NCBI GenBank assembly: GCA_031763465.1
Contig: JARFOE010000004.1
Coordinates: 12,978,184-13,017,115, forward strand
DNA: 38,932 bases
Direction of reading: 5' to 3'
Source: Squatina squatina
Lineage: Eukaryota
The notes under the pieces are model-generated. The model searched no databases. It was not told where the DNA came from and worked only from the letters and a program-made list of their open reading frames with translations. Both the position numbers and the translations under genes were made by a program. The first letter of the stretch is position 1, and the number at the start of each line of letters is the position of its first letter. This document shows positions 1 to 9,968 of the stretch, piece after piece.

Positions 1-9
1 CTCTCCTAA

Positions 10-177
10 ATGGAGCCTTTGGAAAGGCTGACATCCCGGGAAATCTTGGACCATCCCTGGTTTGCCTCTGATTTTGCAGCTTCTAGTTCCGGATATGGTG
101 CTAATGAAAAAGAAGCAGTTGATCAGCTGGTGCCTGATGTGAATATGGATGTTGAGTTGGACCCGTTTTTCAACTGA
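10..177 (+). CDS. TRIB2: Tribbles homolog 2 pseudokinase, C-terminal end of the last coding exon (partial)
   Basis: Frame +1 reads [55 protein letters not shown] (TGA at 175-177). It contains the Tribbles MEK-binding motif ILDHPWF (43-63), the COP1-binding motif DQLVPD (121-138) and the TRIB2-type terminus LDPFFN. The ATG at 10 is an internal residue, not the real start, and an in-frame TAA lies at 7-9. Confidence 0.95.
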   Translation: MEPLERLTSREILDHPWFASDFAASSSGYGANEKEAVDQLVPDVNMDVELDPFFN

Positions 178-1590
178 GTTTACCCATAGGTTGGGTGTCA
201 TTGAGAAGATAACAACAGCTGGTACCCACCACATGAAGGAGTCCTTCCTGAACTGATTAACGGTACCTTGAATCGACCTAGCTTGGTAGCAAAAATGGTG
301 CAGATGTACTGTGACTTAAAATGACTAGCAGAGTGGGACTTCTAAGGGTTAACATGTAGCACAACTAATTAGGGGGGTTCTGCTACCAAGTTAGATTGAT
401 TTGGAGGAAAAGGCAGTGTAAAATGTTGCAGCTTCTCATCTCATGGAGCCACGGAGAGCGCTGAATACTGCACATGTGCATAACTGTGCAGTTCTTCACT
501 CCATTTTATAACGGTTGCAAATCACAATAAATAGAAACTTAATTAGCCTCGACACACAATGTAACACATTGGCATCGCACTGTTAGATTATTTTCCTTCT
601 CATTATTCAGGGAATGTACAATCCTCCTTTTAAGAGTCTCCTTAATTGTTTCTGATGTTTTAACATCTTACTCAATGTGATTCATAAAAAAAATTTAGGT
701 GCACACGAACCGACATAAAATGCGGGTGCTAAAAGGAAAAGTTCTGCTTGTGTTTATATGTAGCTATTTTCATTATCTTGTGTAATTTTTTTTTCCTGAA
801 TAAATTAAATATTGTCAGAAAATGGGCATTTTAATGCTCAGTTTCCTAAGAGGAAATAACTGTTATCTGTTGAGTGTACAATACTTCAGTGCCGGTTGGC
901 AGGAACTATTGAAATAAAATGTCATGTGTAACTTCACTGGTAGTGAAGTCCTTTATTGGCAAACATTCAGGGTTTGAAATGCATCTACTGGAACTGTTGT
1001 ACTAGTACAAATAAAATAATGTACTACCCTATAATACAATTTTTGCAGGTTTCGTAGGGTGTATTTATTTTAGACTTCAATGTAATCTGTCTTTTCCTAA
1101 ACAGTATTCAAATTTAGTTTGTTTTTGTTTTTATTTCCCCATCCCCACCTAACACTGCTCATATGGTCCTTTTTTCCATTACCGTTGGGTAATAGCCACC
1201 TTGGGCTGTGCAGAAGTATGGTCCTGAAGTTAAGCTATCCTGTCCCAGACACCATTTTTATCTCGCTCTCTTGAAACCAATCAAATTTTATGTTTTTTTA
1301 AAAGCAAGTGTGTACTTGTAACAAATACATGTGCTGTCACAAAATGATACTGTAGATTATGTAATCATGTATGCATCATAGCTCCTTGTTTTTGGGAGCT
1401 TAAAAGTAGACTTTTGAATGTATCTGGCTACTTTTGCTCTGTTCTTTCAATTGGACATCAGTGAGTAAAGTGTNNNNNNNNNNNNNNNNNNNNNNNNNNN
1501 NNNNNNNNNNNNNNNNNNNNNNNNNNNNNNNNNNNNNNNNNNNNNNNNNNNNNNNNNNNNNNNNNNNNNNNNNTTTGACTGGATGAAAAT

Positions 1591-1825
1591 GGGAGGTCAT
1601 GTGATGACACCTCCAGGATTACGTTGGCGACGCGAGATTGTACATCATTTCTCCGCCAGTGAAATTTTGTGCTGCAGTCGACACTACCAACCACAGCTGA
1701 ATGTGTGTCATAAACTTTTTTTTCATTATTATTTAATTAACTTAAATAACGAGCACCAGGTGTGATCACCACATCACTGAGGTCACGTGATAAAAACTTC
1801 CAGGAATAAAGAGCTGGCAACCTTA
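1591..1825. mobile_element. Two short terminal fragments of a hAT/Blackjack-like non-autonomous element
   Basis: gaggtcatgtgatgacacctccaggattacgttggcgac (about 1593-1631) and gaggtcacgtgataaaaacttccaggaataaagagctggcaacctta (about 1779-1825) are similar direct copies. The second ends in TGGCAACCTTA, which resembles the reverse complement of a TAGGGTTGCCA-type TIR. Confidence 0.4.
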
Positions 1826-2859
1826 ACTTCTTTCCTTCCCATATCTACCTCGTTCCAGGTTTTTTTTTTGCTGTGAACCGTCATTTTTCACAAGGAAACC
1901 ACTGCAAAGCGACCCTGCAGTGCTGCCGGTCCACCAACATTTGGTTCCGTTGCGAAGCCAAGAATGGTGGGCACAACCCCCGAAAATGGCAAACACTCTG
2001 TAGTGTGGCATCTACATCAAAGTTTGAGGAACAAGTTATGACAGTAATAGAAATGTCTGTCTTAATTTTACTTTTTTTTTGATAGTCAAAAATGGAGACT
2101 GTCCTTCTTCACAAACTTACAAATGAGGCGCACAGAATGTATGCAAACAGGTAGCTGATCAAACAATCCCATTTAATCCCTTGGGAACCAGATTGAAAAG
2201 GTCTGGACTGAATGTGTACACCTTTACAGATGGGGATGATCGAGAAGCCTCTGATGGATAAAGATGGTTTAGTGCTTCACATCACAAGACCATTGGTAAA
2301 ACTATTGCACAGATGTGTCTGCTCAATACGTATGTATTTCAAACCCTGAATAAGTTGTAGATTTGTTTTTAACTTTAGCTTGTCAGATTACTTTCCTTCT
2401 GCTTTCAAATTGCTATATATTAGGAATCTCTTACCTTGCATACTTTTTTTCCCTGTGTTGTCTCCAGTACCTCGGTTGTTTGATTACTGCCTGTACCAGT
2501 TCTGTGAAATGGTCATGTTCTTGGGTAGGTGTACGTGGACTCTGTAGTACGTATCTGTTAACTTGAATTTGTGCTTTTATAGTATGTTGCATGTACGTAC
2601 AGCTACTTGACCTATTTGGCTTATGGATGCTATTGCCTGCCTTTCAGGAGAGCTTGTATATGCCAATTAAAAACACAGAAGAGGATGATAGAATATGAAG
2701 AAAATTTAAAACAAAAGGTTAGAGACCCCATAATCTTTAACTTGCTATGCACAGCACCATAGGAGATCCACTTTACTTACCAATTTTTGTGAACTGGGGT
2801 TTCACACTGCTGCTGTTACTTTCTCATATTTCAGATTTAAATCATCAATGTCATTCCAC

Positions 2860-3158
2860 AGCAGCAATGAAGAAAACAAAATGTATGCTGGGTGATAGAG
2901 AAATCAGTAGAGTAAACATCCACAGTTATTATTTGAAGCTGTATATGCTCAGATCAGGATACACCTTGAGCAATATGTTCAGTTCTGATCTCTGTAGTGC
3001 AGGAGAAACATCCAAATCCTAGAAACAGCACAAAGGGCAATGATGCTGATCTCTTGGATCGGAGGTAAAATTATAAGGAAAGGTTGGAAAAACTTGGACA
3101 GTTCAGCCTTGAAATTGGACAAATGAAAGAGGGCTTTATAGAGATACACAAGATATTG
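2860..3158 (+). mobile_element. Old, degraded CR1 LINE ORF2 C-terminal fragment
   Basis: Collinear CR1 motifs with stops and frameshifts: AMKKTKCMLG; IRIHLEQYVQF* (2953-2988, cf. VRPHLEYCVQFW); YKERLEKLGQFSLEIGQMKEGFIEIHKIL (3072-3158, cf. YEERLxxLGLFSLEKRRLRGDLIEVYKI). Confidence 0.75.
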
Positions 3159-3545
3159 GTGGTACCCCTTTGTATTTGAAGGTGACAATTCTTTCAAGTC
3201 TTGGGTGCAATTCCTATACAAACAGGAAGGCCCTCCTGCACAATTCAGACCAAACAGCCCATTTGGGGTCACGTTTGCACTGTTAGTTTCTCCTTCAGCA
3301 GATCTTCACTCCAATACTCATACCACCTGACAATGACATGCATCACTGCTCACCAGTTCCTTCGATCAGCTAAGATTTTCCCAACTGTGGACATATTACA
3401 TAGCTTGTAATAGTGCTCGAGTGTGCCCTTGCATCTGTTTTNNNNNNNNNNNNNNNNNNNNNNNNNNNNNNNNNNNNNNNNNNNNNNNNNNNNNNNNNNN
3501 NNNNNNNNNNNNNNNNNNNNNNNNNNNNNNNNNNNNNNNNNTGGA

Positions 3546-3553
3546 TGGTGCTA
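3546..3553 (+). promoter_or_regulatory. miR-29 family 8mer seed site
   Basis: TGGTGCTA is the exact 8mer match to the miR-29 seed and lies in the terminal UTR block. The same 8mer occurs in the CDS at 96-103. Confidence 0.55.
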
Positions 3554-3694
3554 TGCTGAGAAGGACTACTTGTCTTTGTTTCAAACTAAAGTGGAAGGGG
3601 AACAGAGGAGACTGCATGGTGGGTTTTACTGCCTCTGGTGTTTTGATTGTATTGTATTTGGTTTGATGTTTTGTCCTAATCTTCTCCTTCAGTA

Positions 3695-3770
3695 AATAAA
3701 TTGTGAATTGCACAACTAACTGACTGCTGCTATCTTTTTCTAAATCTGTGTACTTTTTTTTCGTCTCTTG
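3695..3770 (+). promoter_or_regulatory. Probable distal polyadenylation signal of TRIB2
   Basis: AATAAA at 3695-3700, preceded by TGTA/T-rich sequence (attgtattgtatttggtttgatgttttg) and followed by a GT/T-rich tract (tgtgtacttttttttcgtctcttg, about 3746-3770). Confidence 0.7.
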
Positions 3771-4220
3771 TCTTAAAAAGTGGAAACCCTTCAACCAATG
3801 GGTATGGTTCTATCTCTACTACTCTTAGGAGGACGGGAAATAGAGATATGGGATGTACATGGAGATTCTTTTCGCACCTATGGTTTTCTCATGATTAAAT
3901 GACACATCTGGACAGAGGCAATGGTCATTAGCATAGCTATCATTTTGTGTTGCATTATCTGTAGACTTCTAACAATTTTTGTTCAATCAGTTAACTGTTG
4001 TTTATACCATTCATTGAACCTCAAGTGTTCAGGGAGATGAGAGTTTTGAATTGCATCACTTCTATACAAACTTCNNNNNNNNNNNNNNNNNNNNNNNNNN
4101 NNNNNNNNNNNNNNNNNNNNNNNNNNNNNNNNNNNNNNNNNNNNNNNNNNNNNNNNNNNNNNNNNNNNNNNNNNGATGGTAACAATAGTCGCAGCAGCGG
4201 TAGTGCTAGTAACTGTAGTA

Positions 4221-4260
4221 CAGCAACTACTTGTATTTATATAGCTCCTTTAACGTTGTA
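4221..4260 (-). mobile_element. DeuSINE/L2-type 3' tail fragment, inverted
   Basis: cttgtatttatatagctccttt is the reverse complement (20/22) of the SINE tail aaaggcgctatataaatgcaag. Confidence 0.65.
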
Positions 4261-4262
4261 TT

Positions 4263-4588
4263 TCATCTTTCGGATGAGACGTTAAACCGAGGACCCGTCT
4301 GGCACTTTCAGGTGGATTTAAAAGATCCAATGCCACTATTTCGAAGAGGAGCAGGGGAGTTATCTCCAGGTGTCCTGGCCAATATTTATCCCTCAATCAA
4401 CATCTAAAAAACAGATGATCTGGTCATTATCACATTGCTGTTTGTGGGAGCTTACTGTGCGCAAATTGGCTGCCGCATTTCCTACATTACAACAATGATT
4501 ATGCTTCAAAAAGTACTTCATTGGCTGTAAAGTACTTTGGGACATTTGGTGGCTAAGAAAGGCGCTATATAAATGCAAGTCTTTCTTT
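4263..4588 (+). mobile_element. DeuSINE (SacSINE1/AmnSINE1-like): Deu domain plus 3' tail, 5'-truncated
   Basis: Characteristic Deu core (tttcggatgagacgttaaaccgagg...aaaagatcc...gtgtcctggccaatatttatccctcaa...cacattgctgtttgtggga...aaattggctgcc) and tail aaaggcgctatataaatgcaagtctttcttt. Confidence 0.92.
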
Positions 4589-6735
4589 TAACAAAATCGC
4601 TTTTAGAAATTTGCCCTTTACAGATGAATGTTTCCTACAGCACTGATTTATGTAAAAACATCAGACTGCAAGGAATCTCCACTGTTACTATAACTGATGC
4701 ATACTCTGAGGGGTGGTACCACTCCATTTGTATGGTGTCTGTAGATATTTAATATACAATGAATAATTAATTGATCTATTGGAATATAATTTCTACAGTA
4801 GTACAATGTAATTTTAAAGGCTTAATCTTAACTCTGTTTGCTATTAAGCTAACTTAAGTTAAATGGTACCTTTTTATGTGAGAAATGTAGTCATTTAATT
4901 AGTGCTGTGTTCAACAAGTAGGCGTATGATATTCTCTGCAATAAAACCGTTATTAGCAGTCTAAACTATTGAGCCTCCACAAAATTTAGCACTTCCTGGT
5001 TCAGGAAGTGGGGGAAGAATAATTTTCTCCCACTCCTTTTAAAATTAGATATACAGGTTTGAAATTTCTCATTTGCAACTTTGAGATCCGAGGGAGTAGA
5101 GAATATTTTGAGTAAGCAAATTACCACTTCCTCTGGAAGATTTACATNNNNNNNNNNNNNNNNNNNNNNNNNNNNNNNNNNNNNNNNNNNNNNNNNNNNN
5201 NNNNNNNNNNNNNNNNNNNNNNNNNNNNNNNNNNNNNNNNNNNNNNNAGTCCTGATGAAGTAGGCTTTCTTTTTGGGGCTCCGACTCATTACATCCCATT
5301 AGGCATAACCAGCAGATAATGGCAGAGATTTAAACCCTCTGAATAAGCAATCTCTACGGATCTGGCTCAATCAGTATGAACGGAAACCGAAAACACCGAT
5401 CACTCATGTGAAACACGAACGTTTGGCAACCAGTGACATATTATTGCAATATGTAGGGGGAGTTATTTAGCTCCTGGGGCTTTCTGAAACCTGCTTTTGT
5501 TTAAATCAGATGATTATTGTCTATAAGTCCAAATGGTATGTGAGCAATTCTTCTATTCTTTGAGAGTGATGTCAACTAGTTCTCTTTTAAGATGCTACAA
5601 CACCATCAACAGCTGCATGTGTTTTTCACATATATATTCTGATTTCTTGATGTTTTATTCACGGATGAGAAGGGGTATTGTATAAAATCTACTATAAATA
5701 TTTCAGACCATTTAATAATTTTTCCTAATGAGTAAAGAAAAATGATCTTGACAGCTCATGTTTGCCTCTTTCCAAAAATGTAAAATTGTATTCTCATTTC
5801 TTTTAATAAATGTTGTTGACAGAAAACTATTGCAGTCTGCAGGGGATTGTATCTGTGGAATTGTGCAGCCTAAATATCTGTGTGGCTTAAATTGAATTAC
5901 GTGGAGTGGAAAAGGCACAAATATTCTCATCATCCCGCCAATGATACATCAGCTCAGAATTGATAGCAGCTGCTGCTGGGGACCAGGAATCTGGATAAGG
6001 TCTTCACTCTGCAATTACTGACTCACATTTACCACATTTATAGACAGCACTTGATGATATATCCTGGCAGCAAGGGTGGAGAAGGTTTCATTCCAATTTC
6101 TATTTTCCCAGACAATTCCCTTTCCTATCCGGAGAATGAAAGAGAGAAAGAAGGAAGGAAGAGAGAATTAAATTGTGTGCAATCCCCCCTTTATTGCAGC
6201 TCAGAGATCCAGATCATATCATGGGGCAAGTTACCTCTTTTGACTTAAAGGTAGCCCACAGCAGCTCAAAAGACGGGCACCTTGCAACAGAGATGCAGCC
6301 TGCACAGTTAAGAGCAATTGAAATAGTTTGTGTGCTCACATCCTTGTGCGAGGAACTTTCTGGCATAAGAAGTCCTATGAGAGCACTAGGGGCTGTTAGG
6401 NNNNNNNNNNNNNNNNNNNNNNNNNNNNNNNNNNNNNNNNNNNNNNNNNNNNNNNNNNNNNNNNNNNNNNNNNNNNNNNNNNNNNNNNNNNNNNNNNNNN
6501 ATTACTGCATCTGAAAATTGACTTGGGCTAATTTTTCGTTAAAAATCATGTATTCCACGATTAATTCACGAGATTTGGAATTGCTGGTGAAGCATTACCA
6601 AATGGAACGTGGAGAGTGGCACCATGTCCAGTGTGCACTGGAGCACAGAGGAGTCACTGAATTGTTTTGGCACTAGTCCATGGCCAATGAACTCCAGAAA
6701 ACGGGTTCCAATCTCACCCAAAGGGCAAGTACTGG

Positions 6736-6840
6736 ACAGAGAGAAACAGACAGACAGAGAGTGACAGAGACAGAGAGAGAGGGAGACAGAAAGCGGGAGA
6801 GAGACAGGGAGAAGGAGAGAAAGAGAGCAAGAGAGAGAGG
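6736..6840. repeat. GA-rich imperfect microsatellite
   Basis: A run of (GA)n/(GACA)n is directly visible. Confidence 0.9.
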
Positions 6841-6896
6841 ACCACCTCTCCTATCCCCGGCCAAATCTGGGCTGTGAGAGGTAGTTCTATTTCACT

Positions 6897-6993
6897 GGGG
6901 TAGATTTTTGACTTTGTGCAATGGTGTAAAATGGGTGATAGTGAATCAGCAACCCATTTAACATATTTACTGTTTTTTATTTCCATTGAAGTC
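6897..6993 (+). mobile_element. Left half of a MITE (GGGGTAGATTTT terminus), probably Harbinger-like
   Basis: ggggtagatttttgactttgtgcaatggtgtaaaatgggtgatagtgaatc...ttccattgaagtc. Related decayed pieces occur at about 24234-24272 and 32000-32064. Confidence 0.55.
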
Positions 6994-7712
6994 TTTCTTT
7001 GCTCAGCAACTAGCACTCAGTATGATCGCAAATGCTTAAAATATAGTACTGTGGTCTCTCATCTGAATTCTACTAGTATAGGATACTTAAATCTGTCTGC
7101 CAGACTCGTGTGAGCAATGATACTGCTGTCAAGAGAGTCTGCCGTTCATCCATTCCATTTCCCAAATGAAGCAAAAAATCGTAATGGTGGAGGGAATTCT
7201 AATTAAGAAGGAACTGCAAGGGAAGTGCTACATCATCATAAACCAATCCTGCCATAGAAGTACAGAAATCAGGGAGAAATTTAATACCCTATAGAGCTGT
7301 TTTAATAGTTATTTTCCTGAGCAGGAAGATTGGAAAGTACACAGGTGTCTGGTGCTATTCACTTCCAGTAACAGTAGTTCTGCAGTTGTACAATCTGGAA
7401 CAGGCTAGCTGAGGTAATGTTGTTGGCTAGTATGTGCTTTTTCCAGATGTACAACTCCCCATTATTCTGTAGCTGTTAGAGTTGAGAAAGAAGATTTTTT
7501 AAAAAGGATGCGGTCATGAATTTTTATTATCCATAAAGAATCATAACACACTAAAGGAAGGAAATGAAACTAGGCTTTAAAAATGTTGGCCGAGGGGAGC
7601 AAGTCAACAAAGAAAATATGCCGCAAAAACAAAAAGTGAACACTGCCAACTTTAGAAATGATCTGAAACACACGTGGATATTCCATGGCATTGCTCAGAG
7701 ACTCTAGAGTCT

Positions 7713-8807
7713 GGGGCCGTGATTTCCTCAACCTTGGCGGGTCCGTGGCAGGTCCTGACCCCGCTGCTGGCTCCAGCCAGCTGTCTGAAATTATTTTAAT
7801 CTGATTGGGCTTGTTAAGCCCGCCCAGGACATTTGCCGGCCAATTGAAGGAAGCGGGTCTGATGATGTCATTTGATGACATGTCATTGGCCAGTTTCCTT
7901 AAAGGAACCATGCGCAAATTTATTTTGATATTTGTACTGTCAGTGTTCTACACCATTGAGGTGCTGCAAACACTGACCAGCACTTCACAGAGTTGCACGG
8001 CTGCACCCAGGCTCTCCCATGACTCCTTACATATGCTTCTTGAGGGAGTCACAGCATGCAGGGAAGTCTTCTTTCATTCCAATGGGCGGAAAAGACCTCC
8101 CAGGAGACCGACGCACCCTGGTTGCACATTGCACAGTAGGACACAAGCAGGGATTTCATCAGGAGGACCAGGCTACAGTGGTGCAAACCTTTCAATGATC
8201 TCAGTAGATCAGTGCTGAAATGGCTTCAATGATCTCATTAAATCAGGAAAGGTGAGTGCAAAGCCACACTCAACCTCATCCTGCTGTTCCACTGATCACA
8301 TCCCCATCACATTCCCTCTCCTACTCATACACATCCTTATTCACACCAACTTACCTTGCACCTCCATCTATCTCTCCCTATCTACATTATCACTTCCTCA
8401 TTTCATTAGCCATCCCTCACATTCACTCTCATCCTAATGCAATCATACGAACCAACATCACATAAGGAGGCCACTTAGCATTGACCAGAAACTCCTCATA
8501 GCCACCCCCTAAAGATGTTACCCATCCACTCCTTGCACACATTTCATCACTCTCACTCAAACTTCTCCTCTTTGCCTCCTTGCAGGAGAAACAAGCGCAC
8601 AGCAGCAGGGAAAGGGAGAGAACCAGAGCCATCATTGGCCACTTTAACAGCAGCATAGGAGGTCGCCCTGGAAGTCTCAAGAATCGCAGAACAGCTGGAG
8701 GTGGGAGACAGAGGGAGGGGGACATCTCAGCAACCTGGTGATAGAATTAACTCTCGTAAAATCACATGGCATACAGCAGTCAGTCATATGGGGACTGATG
8801 ACAGAAG
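7713..8807 (+). mobile_element. PIF/Harbinger-type transposon relic with a spliced Myb/SANT-like (trihelix) gene
   Basis: GGGCCGTGATTTCC-like terminus and a GC-rich subterminal region. Decayed coding reads AAPRLSHDSLHMLLEGVTACREVFFHSNGRKRP...WLHIA...FNDL..SGK, then donor AAG|GTGAGT (8252), acceptor tttgcctccttgcag| (8585) and exon EKQAHSSRERERT. Frameshifts and stops are present. Confidence 0.75.
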
Positions 8808-9968
8808 NNNNNNNNNNNNNNNNNNNNNNNNNNNNNNNNNNNNNNNNNNNNNNNNNNNNNNNNNNNNNNNNNNNNNNNNNNNNNNNNNNNNNNNNNNNNN
8901 NNNNNNNCCCCCCACAACCTTCAGCAGCAGTATGGAAAATATTGGGAAAGAAAAAAAGTGAGAACCTATCTTTCTTCTAAGCTTTGAATGCCACAATTTC
9001 CTAGGCAAAGCAAAAGCAGAATGATCATGCAGATTCTAAAACAAACAATTAATGTCAAACATATTTTACCTCTTTTGTGTGTCTAAATGCTCTTTTAATG
9101 AATAAGAGGCATAGAGGACAAAAGGTTTGCGGTGTGTTTGTTTTTAAGGTGTGCACAGAGATATGTCAGAGGACAGGGAACATTAAGCTTCTGTATTCAT
9201 CGTGCTGAAATTAAAAATGTTATCATGGAAACGGTCTCAAATAACATCAAGTGGTTTATGTGTATGTTGGATTCTGTGGAACATTATGTTACACTGAGTG
9301 ATGTCATCAGTTGGGCATTTTAGTTTAACTTTGGTTAACCAAATATTGAGAGGTTTGTGTGCACGGAGTCCTGTTGGATATTAAGTGGTGTAAGAGAGCC
9401 ATTTGGCTTCCAGACAAAATTCCTCCTCTTCCTGCTGGATGCTGCACAATGCTCGCTTGTATCCGAGAACAAGGTGGAGGATTACTATTTGCCATGAGCT
9501 TGCACATGGCCTGTAAGGTTACATTGCAGATAGGACAATTTTGCTTTGGTGTTGATGTCTATGCTCCCAGGCTTCCACTTTCCCATTGCGCTGACAGGAC
9601 TGATGGTAGTGGCATTATGCTGTAAAGTGACAGGCTCTATTTGCTCTGTGTCTGTGTGGTTCCTGAGGTGTTCTGGGAAATTTGCCAATTTTTTCTCTAC
9701 AAAGGCAGCTTCTCATTAGGATGAACTTGGGTTGAGCAATTTCTTCGTAAAAGAAACATGACTGTGATCATCCTTACCACAAACTGGTTATGTAATTGCC
9801 TTAATAGCTATCACGCCTCCTTTTTTCTTAAATTAGAAGGAGAACAACAAAAACAAGTTTATTTGGTCNNNNNNNNNNNNNNNNNNNNNNNNNNNNNNNN
9901 NNNNNNNNNNNNNNNNNNNNNNNNNNNNNNNNNNNNNNNNNNNNNNNNNNNNNNNNNNNNNNNNNNNN

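Larger units (their letters stand above)
178..3720 (+). other. TRIB2: Probable TRIB2 3'UTR (interrupted by two 100-N gaps)
   Basis: It follows the stop codon and is U-rich. Blocks at 570-586, 686-730, 2464-2601 and 3543-3705 resemble my recollection of the mammalian TRIB2 3'UTR in the same order (unverified). It ends at a canonical poly(A) context. Confidence 0.75.

Noticed and set aside
10-177. Independent 55-aa microprotein starting at ATG 10
   Set aside because: The sequence is the C-terminus of TRIB2. The ATG is an internal position and nothing supports initiation there.
721-727. TGCGGGT as a miR-99/100 site
   Set aside because: It is not a seed match (TACGGGT is required), and I saw no exact site in the sequenced part of the UTR.
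5248-5290. gtcCTGATGAag as an intact hammerhead ribozyme
   Set aside because: No stem II followed by GAAA comes after it, and it sits at a contig edge, so at most it is a 12-bp remnant.
6673-6877. Arg/Glu-rich and Ser/Leu-rich ORFs
   Set aside because: They are translations of the GA-rich microsatellite.
7805-8218. 137-aa ORF as a host MSANTD/NAIF1-like gene
   Set aside because: The Myb-like frame is broken by frameshifts, a stop and a 34-bp duplication. A second decayed copy nearby indicates a transposon.
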